IMG/VR virus record: IMGVR_UViG_2856626968_000003
Coordinates: 29,725 to 93,724 of that record
Direction: 5' to 3' (one strand)
Length of the DNA: 64,000 nucleotides
DNA from: a virus
Lineage: Duplodnaviria > Caudoviricetes
Shown: piece by piece, positions 55,927 through 64,000 of the stretch
Position numbering within the stretch: position 1 is the stretch's first letter
How the letters are laid out: every line of letters begins with the position of its first letter
Program-made: the position numbers and the translations under genes
Notes under the pieces: generated by a model
The model's input: only the letters and a program-made list of their open reading frames with translations
Told to the model about the DNA's origin: nothing
The model's database searches: none

Positions 55927-56138
55927 AGACTCCCGCCTGGCCGCGTTGGTGGTCGGGCGGGTCAGGGGCGGCGCACGGTTGTGTGGGGATCCGCCCAGGG
56001 AACCGTGCGCCGTCCCGCCCAAGCTGGCGCGCGACTCGTATGGAGGACGACGAGAATATGGCAGGCCAGCCTCCGCGACAGTAGCTCTCTGTCTGACAAC
56101 GAAATCTGCCTTCTCGCCGAACTCTTCCTTTTCTGCCG

Positions 56139-58529
56139 CTACTTCTCTCCTTTGAGATGGGCGAGTAATTCGGGCAGTTGGTCGGGTTTCGCCCGGACCT
56201 CGCGCGCCTTGGAGCCCTCGCTCGGGCCCACGACGCCTCGGCTCTCCAGCAGGTCCATCAGGCGGCCGGCCTTGGCGAAGCCGACGCGCAGCTTGCGCTG
56301 GAGCATCGAGGTGGAGCCGAACTGCGTGGTGACGATGAGCTCGGCGGCCTGGACCAGCAGGTCGAGGTCGTCGCCGATCTCCTCGTCGATCTCGCGCTTG
56401 GCGGTCGCGGTCGCGGCGACGTCGTCGCGGTACTCCACCTGCATCTGCGCCTTGCAGTGCGCGACGACGTCGTGGATCTCCTTCTCGGAGACGAACGCGT
56501 TCTGCAGCCGCATCGGCTTGCTGGCGCCCATGGGCAGGAACAGCGCGTCGCCCTGGCCGACGAGCTTCTCGGCGCCCGGCTGGTCCAGGATGACCCGGGA
56601 GTCGGCGAGCGAGGACGTCGCGAACGCCAGCCGGGACGGCACGTTGGCCTTGATCAGGCCGGTGACGACGTCCACCGAGGGGCGCTGGGTGGCGATGACC
56701 AGGTGGATGCCGGCGGCGCGGGCGAGCTGGGTGATGCGGACGATCGAGTCCTCGACGTCGCGGGGGGCGACCATCATCAGGTCGGCCAGCTCGTCGATGA
56801 TCACGAGCAGGTAGGAGTGCGGCGTGCGGTCACCGAGCCTGCCCGCGCGCACCGCGGCGTTGTACTCGTCGATGTGGCGGACACCGGCCGCAGCGAGGTC
56901 GTCGTAGCGGCGGTCCATCTCACCGACGACCCAGGCCAGGGCCTCGGCGGCCTTCTTGGGCTGGGTGACGATCGGGACTAGCAGGTGCGGGACACCGGCG
57001 TAGGCGGCGAGCTCGACGCGTTTGGGGTCGATGAGGATCATGCGGACCTGCTCGGGGGTGGCGCGGGACAGCACCGAGCAGATCAGCCCGTTGACGCACA
57101 CCGACTTGCCGGCGCTGGTCGCTCCGGCGATGAGCAGGTGGGGCATCTTGGCCAGGTTGGCGATGACCGAAGCGCCCTCGACGTCCTTGCCGAGCGCGAC
57201 GACCAGGGGGTGGCGGGCGGCGGCCGCCACCTGCGAGCGCAGAACGTCGCCCAGGAGCACCCGGTCGCGGTCGGTGTTGGGGATCTCCACGCCGATGGCG
57301 GCCTTGCCGGGGATCGGGGAAATGATCCGCACGTCGCCGGACTTGACGGCCAGGGCGATGTTCTTGGTGATCGCGGTGATCTTCTCGACCTTGACGGCGG
57401 GGCCGAGCTCGATCTCGTAGCGGGTGACCGTGGGGCCGCGGGTGAAGCCGGTGACCGCGGCGTCGATCGCGAACTCCTCCAGCACGGTGCTGAGCGCGTT
57501 GACGACCATGGTGTTGGCGGCGGTCTGCGGCCGGGGCGCCGCGCCTCTGCGGAGGGTGCTGAGGGCCGGGACGGCGTAGCGGGGACCCGGAGGTGGCGTG
57601 CCGGGCCTTGCGGGGCTGGTGGGGCTCCTGGGGTCGTCCTGAGGGGGGTCCTGCGGGTGCTCGGCGGGGGCCGCGGCCGTGTTCAGGTCGCCGCGGCCGG
57701 TGGGTGCCGGCTCCTCGACGACGCGGGTTTCGCCGGGCTCGTGCCCGGCCTCGTCGACGGGGCCCGGGTCGGGGTCGAGGTGCGGCATGTGCGGGGTGGC
57801 CGTGGGGCGGGCGGCGCGCCGGGGAGCCTCCGGCGCGGGTGGGGCGTCGGCCGGTGGGTCGGCGGGCTGGGGGCGGATCATGCGTACGCCGTAGACGCCG
57901 AGCGCGATCGCCAGCACCGCGGTGAGGATCGGCGAGATGTACGGGGCGGGCCAGGAGATGACCAGGCCGAGCAGCCCGCCGGCGTCGGCCAGGTCCCGCC
58001 AGGACCTCGCGCTGCCGTCGGGGACTCCGCCGACGCCGTGGAGGAGGTTGGCCAGGCCGAGGATGGCGATCGTCAGGGCGGTCAGGCCGATGCCGCGGCG
58101 CAGGGTGGCCTGGTGCTGGTCGGGGCGGCGCCACAGCCGCAGCGCGGTCCAGGCCAGCAGCAGCGCGGCCAGCGGGGGCCAGCCGGTGAGGATCTGCAGG
58201 CCGGTGGCCAGCAGGCGCAGCGGGGCGATGTCGTGGCCGTCGCCCAGGGCGCAGATGGCGGCGGCCGCGGCGGCCAGGGCGAGCGCGGCACCGTCGCGGC
58301 GGTGGGCGGGGTCGACGTGCTCGGGGCCGCCGGTGGCGGCGCGGACGGTGTGCCCGATGCCGCCGGGCACGGCGTAAAAGATCTTGATCGCGGCGCGCCT
58401 GGCTCCTCCCCCGGCCGATCGCGACCGGCGCGCGGCGGCCGGCCGCGGCGCCGACGCCCGCCGGGACTGGGCCGGGCGGGCAGGGCGCGCAGCCCGGGCG
58501 CCACGGGCGGGGGGCTTACGGGCGGGCAT
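56139..58529 (-). CDS. ftsK: FtsK/SpoIIIE DNA translocase with TM, motor and gamma domains
   Basis: [49 protein letters not shown], gamma [21 protein letters not shown]. Confidence 0.92.
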   Translation of the reverse strand: MPARKPPARGARAARPARPAQSRRASAPRPAAARRSRSAGGGARRAAIKIFYAVPGGIGHTVRAATGGPEHVDPAHRRDGAALALAAAAAAICALGDGHDIAPLRLLATGLQILTGWPPLAALLLAWTALRLWRRPDQHQATLRRGIGLTALTIAILGLANLLHGVGGVPDGSARSWRDLADAGGLLGLVISWPAPYISPILTAVLAIALGVYGVRMIRPQPADPPADAPPAPEAPRRAARPTATPHMPHLDPDPGPVDEAGHEPGETRVVEEPAPTGRGDLNTAAAPAEHPQDPPQDDPRSPTSPARPGTPPPGPRYAVPALSTLRRGAAPRPQTAANTMVVNALSTVLEEFAIDAAVTGFTRGPTVTRYEIELGPAVKVEKITAITKNIALAVKSGDVRIISPIPGKAAIGVEIPNTDRDRVLLGDVLRSQVAAAARHPLVVALGKDVEGASVIANLAKMPHLLIAGATSAGKSVCVNGLICSVLSRATPEQVRMILIDPKRVELAAYAGVPHLLVPIVTQPKKAAEALAWVVGEMDRRYDDLAAAGVRHIDEYNAAVRAGRLGDRTPHSYLLVIIDELADLMMVAPRDVEDSIVRITQLARAAGIHLVIATQRPSVDVVTGLIKANVPSRLAFATSSLADSRVILDQPGAEKLVGQGDALFLPMGASKPMRLQNAFVSEKEIHDVVAHCKAQMQVEYRDDVAATATAKREIDEEIGDDLDLLVQAAELIVTTQFGSTSMLQRKLRVGFAKAGRLMDLLESRGVVGPSEGSKAREVRAKPDQLPELLAHLKGEK

Positions 58530-58758
58530 TGCCGCTCCCCCAGGACAGGAAGACCGCGAAGAGGATCAGCAGCACCAGGAGCACCGCGGCCCCGAGGCGC
58601 AGCTGCCAGGGCGGGGCGAATAACACCGCGCCGGCCAGCGCCATGGCCGCGGCCACGAACAGGACGCGGGGCCGGCGGGGCGGGCGCGCCGGGGAGTGGG
58701 ACCGGGGCGGGCGACGAGGGCCGAGCGGCCGCATCTTGCGGGGGTTCAGGGGGAGCAT
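58516..58758 (-). CDS. Small two-TM membrane protein
   Basis: GGAG RBS; overlaps the ftsK start. Confidence 0.55.
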   Translation of the reverse strand: MLPLNPRKMRPLGPRRPPRSHSPARPPRRPRVLFVAAAMALAGAVLFAPPWQLRLGAAVLLVLLILFAVFLSWGSGNARP

Positions 58759-58831
58759 CGGATCTCCATTCGTGATCATCCGTGGTTACGGTCCGTGCGC
58801 GGCCGCCGAGCCGTGCACGGCGCCGGGCGGA

Positions 58832-58954
58832 CCGTGACGCCGACTGTGACGTTCGGGGTGTGCGGCCTGGTGTCTTTAAGGGGGAGGGGCCGTCACAGCC
58901 GTCTGCGGTCAGCGGAACTGTGACGTGATCTTGTGTCACAGTTCCGCGTCACAG
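58832..58954. repeat. Cluster of CTGTGACG 8-mers with a 13-bp inverted repeat (candidate clt)
   Basis: Exact copies at 58844(+), 58918(+), 58891(-), 58947(-); variants at 58832 and 58934; GCGGAACTGTGAC/GTCACAGTTCCGC at 58912-58947. Confidence 0.6.
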
Positions 58955-58966
58955 GCGGCCCGACGG

Positions 58967-61267
58967 TCACTGTGCGTGGTCTTCGTGGTCGCCGCGGCGC
59001 GTGCTGAGCACCTGGTACTGGCCGTGGCCTTCGGTGTCCTGGATGCACCCCCACTGGGTGAGGGTCTTCATGCACTTGCGGACCCAGGAGTCGCCGCGGC
59101 GGGCCCGCCGTTCCAGGGCGTCGTACAGGTCCGCGGGCCGGAAGGTGTTGCCCTCGCCGATGTCGGTGGACAGGACGTCCAGCAGGATGTCCAGCGCCTC
59201 ATCCCGACTCACGATCGGCGTGAAGTGCTCTTCATCCGGATCGTCGGGGAACGCCACATCGTCGGCCCGGGGGACGCCCAGCTGCGGCGCGGGATCGGTG
59301 TCCAGTTGCTCGATGCCGTCGACGGCCTGGTCGAGGATCTCGCGAGCCTGAGGGTCATCGCCCAGGGCCTTGGCCATCTCGCCGACCACCTCCTCGGCTG
59401 CCTGCTCCAGCTCGGCGCGCGCCTCTTCAGGGGTGACCTCGGGCTGCTCCTCCGGCGGGTCCGGCTGGAGCATCTCCTCGGCCGGTTCGGTCGTGTGAGC
59501 AGGCCGGGGCGCAGGGACGACGGCGGACGCCGACCCCACCGGCGTGCTCGGGCACTCATCGAGTAGCACGGCACCGGCCAGGACATGGGTCTTGGGACGG
59601 CGGCCGCGCTGGGCTTCGACCTTGGCCCGGTACTGCTGGTAGGGCTCGCCCCAGGTCTTGGCGGTCCACGGGTCGCACGGGCCGGCCAGGTGCATGTACT
59701 CGCGCAGCGCGGCCTCGACGTCGGAGCCGTCGGAGGCGTGCCGGTCGAACCGCAGCGGGGTCGCCTGCCGGGCGAGTGTGAACTCGGGGAACACGGCCAG
59801 GCAGGTCCCGGGCTGTTTGTTCTGCCAGACGCCGGGATTGACGCCGAGCTCGATCAGCTCTGCGGGCAAGACCAAGGCGGCATCGTCGAAGTTGAACGTG
59901 CCGAACACGAGCATGGCGGCCATGTTGGAACGCGCGTTGGTGTCGACCCGGTCGTGGATGGCCTTCTGGACCTCGACGATGATCTCGATGCCGACCGAGG
60001 CGGCCCGTTCGGTGAGCTTGGTCATGTCGGTGTTGCCGAACAGCGCGGCCGCCTCGTACACGTGCACCGCCACCCAGGACAGGCCACACCCGGGCTCCCA
60101 CTCCCTGCACCGCTTCCCCAGCAGGTTGCGGGTGGGGTCGCCCAGGACGGCGGCCCGGGTCGGGATCGTGGCGGTCACCAAGCGGTGGAAGAACGCGCGG
60201 ATCTGCGGCGCGGTGTCCAGCACGTAGTCGGCGCCCTCGGCGATGGGGCCGGTCTGCTGGTCGGCCTTGACCGCGTCGCAGACCACCAGGATGGCGTCTT
60301 TGCGGGTGGCGATGTTGACGTCCAGGAGCTCACCGGCGGCGCCTTTGCCTGCCCGGCTCATGCCGTATATGCCCAGGTGACTCTGCATCTTGGGGTTCTC
60401 GTCCGGCGCGCGAGGCGCCCGGTAGGGCAGGGTGAGGCTGAGCTCGGCCAGGTCCTTGTAGCGAGCGATCCCCTCGATCGGCTCCAGCATGCTGCCGCCG
60501 GGCGCGTTGGGGCCCTGCCACGGCCGTGGCTTCTTCAGCGGGTCACGGCGCGCGACCCGCACCAGCACCTGGTCGAGCCTGTCGCCCACCAGCAGCGAGG
60601 CGCCCCCGGCGATCCCATCGGCGAAGCGCGTGATGCGCTCCAGCAGCGGCCCGACATCGGAGGGTACTCCGCCCTCGCCGAGGTCCAGACCGACGGCCAG
60701 CTCGTCATCGTCGTCCCTCATCACCGTGATGCGGGCGTCGATGAGCGAGGGAGCGTGCTCTTGCGCGAACTCCCGCCATCGCTGCGGCACCGTGCCGGCG
60801 CCCCCGCCCGCCGTGCGCTCCAGCTCGCGCAGCGCGGTGGAGGTGTGCCGCCGATTCCAGATGATCGCCGAGCCGACGCCGAAGATCCCGGCCCAGATGA
60901 ACACGAACCGGTTCGGCCCCCAGGCGACGGTGTAGGCGATGACCGCGATGGGGGCTGCGAAGTTGAACAGCTCGTGGGCGCGGCTCAGCGTCATACGGCC
61001 GCGGGTGAGGTGCAGCGACACCGCGATCAGGATGATGCCGACGACCGCGATGCAGATCGCGGTGAACACCTGGGCGTCGGCCAGCTGGGCGAGAAACCAC
61101 GCCAGCGGAGCACCGCCCAGCGCAGTGGCGAGCAGCGCCCAGGGGGCGAGCGCACGCCAGGCCTGCGACAGCTCACCGCCCAGGCCGCCGAGCTGGCCGC
61201 GCAGCCGCTTTTCCGCGCGGGCCGCGCGAGCCGCCTCGCGCAGGGACTTGTTGCTGAGCGTGGCCAT
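58967..61267 (-). CDS. TraB-like conjugative DNA translocase
   Basis: N-terminal TMs, RDPL...W.GP..PG.S..EP, Walker A GMSRAGKG, EAA, FG.....DA, W.NK.PG, C-terminal wHTH with SWV. Confidence 0.8.
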   Translation of the reverse strand: MATLSNKSLREAARAARAEKRLRGQLGGLGGELSQAWRALAPWALLATALGGAPLAWFLAQLADAQVFTAICIAVVGIILIAVSLHLTRGRMTLSRAHELFNFAAPIAVIAYTVAWGPNRFVFIWAGIFGVGSAIIWNRRHTSTALRELERTAGGGAGTVPQRWREFAQEHAPSLIDARITVMRDDDDELAVGLDLGEGGVPSDVGPLLERITRFADGIAGGASLLVGDRLDQVLVRVARRDPLKKPRPWQGPNAPGGSMLEPIEGIARYKDLAELSLTLPYRAPRAPDENPKMQSHLGIYGMSRAGKGAAGELLDVNIATRKDAILVVCDAVKADQQTGPIAEGADYVLDTAPQIRAFFHRLVTATIPTRAAVLGDPTRNLLGKRCREWEPGCGLSWVAVHVYEAAALFGNTDMTKLTERAASVGIEIIVEVQKAIHDRVDTNARSNMAAMLVFGTFNFDDAALVLPAELIELGVNPGVWQNKQPGTCLAVFPEFTLARQATPLRFDRHASDGSDVEAALREYMHLAGPCDPWTAKTWGEPYQQYRAKVEAQRGRRPKTHVLAGAVLLDECPSTPVGSASAVVPAPRPAHTTEPAEEMLQPDPPEEQPEVTPEEARAELEQAAEEVVGEMAKALGDDPQAREILDQAVDGIEQLDTDPAPQLGVPRADDVAFPDDPDEEHFTPIVSRDEALDILLDVLSTDIGEGNTFRPADLYDALERRARRGDSWVRKCMKTLTQWGCIQDTEGHGQYQVLSTRRGDHEDHAQ

Positions 61268-61653
61268 CACACGTCCATCGGATCTTCGGGCGACCGCCAC
61301 TTACCTCGGCCGTACTTCAGGTCCCGCAGCCCATCGAGCTCGACGCCGGCCAGCTTCTCCAGCATGGGGTAGACGCCACGGACGGCATGCCGGGCGACCC
61401 GCACCGCCAGCGCCGCGGTGATCAGCCCCATGGTGATCCGCATGGACCGCAGCCACTTGTCGCTGCCGCTGCCGATGCCCTTCTTGTGGGCGTGCTTGAG
61501 CAGGGCGAATATCTTCTTGGCGAGCTCGCGGCGGCGGCACTCGAATTCGGTGGCGAGGTCGCCCAGGACCTCATCAGCGGTGCGGCAGTAGTTCCTGACC
61601 TGCTCAGGACTGCCGGTAGGGATTTTGACCAGGTCCGCCGCGCGGCGTGCCAT
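61267..61653 (-). CDS. TraA-like plasmid transfer protein
   Basis: S.EQVRNYC motif; coupled to the traB-like gene. Confidence 0.5.
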   Translation of the reverse strand: MARRAADLVKIPTGSPEQVRNYCRTADEVLGDLATEFECRRRELAKKIFALLKHAHKKGIGSGSDKWLRSMRITMGLITAALAVRVARHAVRGVYPMLEKLAGVELDGLRDLKYGRGKWRSPEDPMDV

Positions 61654-61657
61654 TGGG

Positions 61658-62080
61658 TTAGACCTCCAGGTTCAGAGGGTTGGTGTCGCACCCGGCGTTG
61701 TGCGTGAAGGGCGCCGGGCCAGGGCAGATGCCGGGCAAGGGGGTGGTCGGCTCGGGCAGGTCCAGGTCGGTGCGCTCGATGGGCAGGATCCGCGGAGCGA
61801 TGGCGCGGGCTGCGAGCCGCAGCAGGTACCACAGGCCCGCCAGGAGTGCCGCCGCCAGCGCGGCGGCCGCCAGGATCCCGGCCAGGCCGAAGAGCACGAC
61901 GACCGACCCGACCAGCAGGCCGGCGCCAAGGACGGCCGCCACGAGCCGCGCGACGATGTGCCGCCTCCGGCGGTACATGCGCTGTTCGCGCCACCAGATG
62001 ACCGGGCGGACGCCGTCGTACTGCGAGCGGCGCCGCCCGGCCAGGACCGCCCCGATGATGAGGACGACGGTGGTGATCAC
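61658..62080 (-). CDS. Membrane protein (spread-protein-like)
   Basis: Multiple hydrophobic helices within the transfer operon. Confidence 0.55.
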   Translation of the reverse strand: MITTVVLIIGAVLAGRRRSQYDGVRPVIWWREQRMYRRRRHIVARLVAAVLGAGLLVGSVVVLFGLAGILAAAALAAALLAGLWYLLRLAARAIAPRILPIERTDLDLPEPTTPLPGICPGPAPFTHNAGCDTNPLNLEV

Positions 62081-62083
62081 AGG

Positions 62084-64000
62084 TCAGCTCTCCGTGCTGC
62101 CGCTGGGCGCGTCGTCGGCCGTCTGCGGCCGAGCGGGCGGATGGACGGTGCCGTCCTCCTCGAAGCGGTAGCCCTGCTCGCGCATCCGCCTCTGGACGGC
62201 CTTCACCCTCAGGCCGCCCCATCCGGCGCTGCGGCCGTACCTGGTGCCCACCGCAGCGTGCGTGGGCCTACGGCCGGCGCGGCACCGCCCGCGGATCCAC
62301 TCCTCGGCCGTGCGGTTGAGCTCCCGGTCGACCTTGCCGCCCTCCTCCTCGGCCTCCTCCTCGTTCTCCGTCTGGCCGTCCTCACCCTCGCCCTGGGTCT
62401 TCTGCTCACGGTTCTGCTCACCGCCGTCCCCGCTCGCCGGTGGAGGTTCGGTGGGCGGGGTGGTGTGCGAGGTCGTGAGGGCGTCGTCATGGATGGGCTG
62501 CGCCTGACCGGGCACCGGAGTGCTCACGGCGTCGCTCACTGGCCGATCGGCCCGACCGGCGGTGCCTAAGGCGGCCGTGGGCTCGGACGACGTGGGCGCT
62601 GGGCCATCCGCGGACGGCCCGCCGATGCTCACACTCCCAGTTACGGTTTCCGTGTGATTCGCCTGCTCACCGCCGGTGCCGCCTTGCCGGTGCTCCGCAC
62701 GCTCGCGCTCACCGATCTGCGCAGCACTCGGCCCCTCACCCGTGCGCGTCTCTGTGTGCCTGGATGTGTCCGAGATGATGAGCACGTCCCCATCAATCAG
62801 GGGCCAGTCCTCCACAGGCAGGACGTTCACAGGCTCGCGCACGAGCGGCGGGTCCAGTAGCGCGGTCGCGGGGCCGCCGTTCGTGCGCGGCGGCGTGTGC
62901 GAGTGACCGTTGACCGGCCGCGCTGTGGTGCTCACGATCGTGCTCACCGGTTCACGCACCGCGCTGGATCGCGGCGTGCGCGACGCCGGGACCAGGAACG
63001 GCAGGATCTTCGTCCTCCCCGCCTGGCGGTACTTGTTGACCGCCTCGTCTCCTTCGGCCACCACGTCGTCGGGCATCTCCGGCTCGGCCGGCAGCGCGGG
63101 GTGCTGGCGGCGGCTCCACACCGGGGCGGCGCGCAGCTCGGCGAGCGCCTCGCTGCCGAAGAGCGTGCCGGTCTCATCCAGCAGGGCCTCCTGCTGCTCG
63201 GGGTTCTGGGCGAAGTCCGTGTGCTCGATCAGCTCTTCCAGCCGCCGGTCCAGCCGGGCCACTGCCTTGCGCAGCTTCCGGTCGGAGGCCTCGACGCCGC
63301 GGAGTACCCGCAGGCGCTTGGCGGCCAGCGCCACTCGGAAGCGGCGGCGGCGGGTGTCGACCTCGCTGACCGTGCGGCCGCGGGCCTCGGCCAGGCCGAG
63401 GCGGACCAGCAGCTGCTCGGGCGTCCACCGCCAGTTGATGCTCTTCAGCCCGGTGCGCCGGTGCCGCTCGATGGCCATGCCGCGCTCCCACAGCCACGCG
63501 GCGACCAGCGGGGCGGCGAGCCGGAAGATGGCCTCGGCGAGGCTGCGAGCGTCCAGGCTGGACAGCACCGCGGACAGGCCGGTGAGCACCCACACCGCCA
63601 TGCCGTCGATGCCGGCCGAGTAGTTCTCGCGGGAGTTGCGGCGGGCGCGCACTGCGCTGGTGATCACCGCGACCTCGATGAAGGCGAACAGCAGGACCTG
63701 CAGCACGCCGTCGAAGCCGAGGACGTCGCCAGAGAACCGCCACATGCCCTGGGCGGACACGCCGGTCGCGATGGACGCGGCGACGATGGTGAGGATGTCC
63801 TCGCCGGGCCGGTCGATCGACCGGGCGCGCCGCGCGAGGAGCATGACGCCTCGCTTCGCGCCGCGGGCGACGAAGACGGTGGCGGTGACCGTGGCGGTCA
63901 CGATGATGAGCATCCAGATCCACGTGGGTACGGCGGCCAACTTCGCTACCACCCACGCGTAGATGTCGGTTACGGTCTGCAATTGAATCGGGCCTCTCAC
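62084..64000 (-). CDS. SpdB/DUF2637-like spread protein, possibly 5'-truncated
   Basis: SAQGMWRF..D.LG...LFAFIEVA...A.RAR...VW.L...SAV; long acidic linker; C-terminal HTH-like segment. Confidence 0.7.
   Translation of the reverse strand: MRGPIQLQTVTDIYAWVVAKLAAVPTWIWMLIIVTATVTATVFVARGAKRGVMLLARRARSIDRPGEDILTIVAASIATGVSAQGMWRFSGDVLGFDGVLQVLLFAFIEVAVITSAVRARRNSRENYSAGIDGMAVWVLTGLSAVLSSLDARSLAEAIFRLAAPLVAAWLWERGMAIERHRRTGLKSINWRWTPEQLLVRLGLAEARGRTVSEVDTRRRRFRVALAAKRLRVLRGVEASDRKLRKAVARLDRRLEELIEHTDFAQNPEQQEALLDETGTLFGSEALAELRAAPVWSRRQHPALPAEPEMPDDVVAEGDEAVNKYRQAGRTKILPFLVPASRTPRSSAVREPVSTIVSTTARPVNGHSHTPPRTNGGPATALLDPPLVREPVNVLPVEDWPLIDGDVLIISDTSRHTETRTGEGPSAAQIGERERAEHRQGGTGGEQANHTETVTGSVSIGGPSADGPAPTSSEPTAALGTAGRADRPVSDAVSTPVPGQAQPIHDDALTTSHTTPPTEPPPASGDGGEQNREQKTQGEGEDGQTENEEEAEEEGGKVDRELNRTAEEWIRGRCRAGRRPTHAAVGTRYGRSAGWGGLRVKAVQRRMREQGYRFEEDGTVHPPARPQTADDAPSGSTES

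Larger units (their letters stand above)
56139..64000 (-). mobile_element. Actinomycete conjugation module (AICE or plasmid type), continuing beyond the window
   Basis: SpdB-like, TraA-like, TraB-like and FtsK genes in one minus-strand run. Confidence 0.75.

Noticed and set aside
1-64000. CRISPR array, diversity-generating retroelement, retron or IS transposase
   Set aside because: No regularly spaced repeats, reverse transcriptase motifs, TR/VR pair or DDE transposase were recognised by eye

Overview
High-GC actinomycete DNA, consistent with Streptosporangiaceae or Streptomyces relatives, made up almost entirely of mobile-element sequence. The left end has the 3' end of a TROVE/Ro60 gene, then an XRE-family regulator divergent from a GT4, hexapeptide transferase, class II aldolase and MurA operon, with a convergent NUDIX gene. 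From about 6.9 to 48.5 kb lies the late region of a siphovirus-type prophage: pre-terminase tail and beta-helix genes, an intein-containing terminase, portal, MuF, a double-HNH endonuclease, a VIP2-like ADP-ribosyltransferase, a ~1,220-aa protease/cargo/scaffold polyprotein, capsid, neck, tail (with a -1 frameshift chaperone), tape measure, baseplate and lysis genes. A ~540-nt densely structured non-coding tract follows and contains a tRNA-Glu-like body with an aberrant anticodon loop. After accessory genes and a DUF6879/XRE-DUF5753 cassette comes a minus-strand conjugation module (SpdB-like, TraA-like, TraB-like and a second, chromosome-like FtsK) with a candidate clt repeat locus. No integrase, repressor, replication gene or small terminase was recognised. 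The best leads are the structured RNA/tRNA-like locus, a putative Glu-cleaved capsid-cargo system, an HNH insertion that replaced the MuF C-terminus, and the MurA-containing enzyme cassette. All calls come from motif recognition by eye; no database searches were run.
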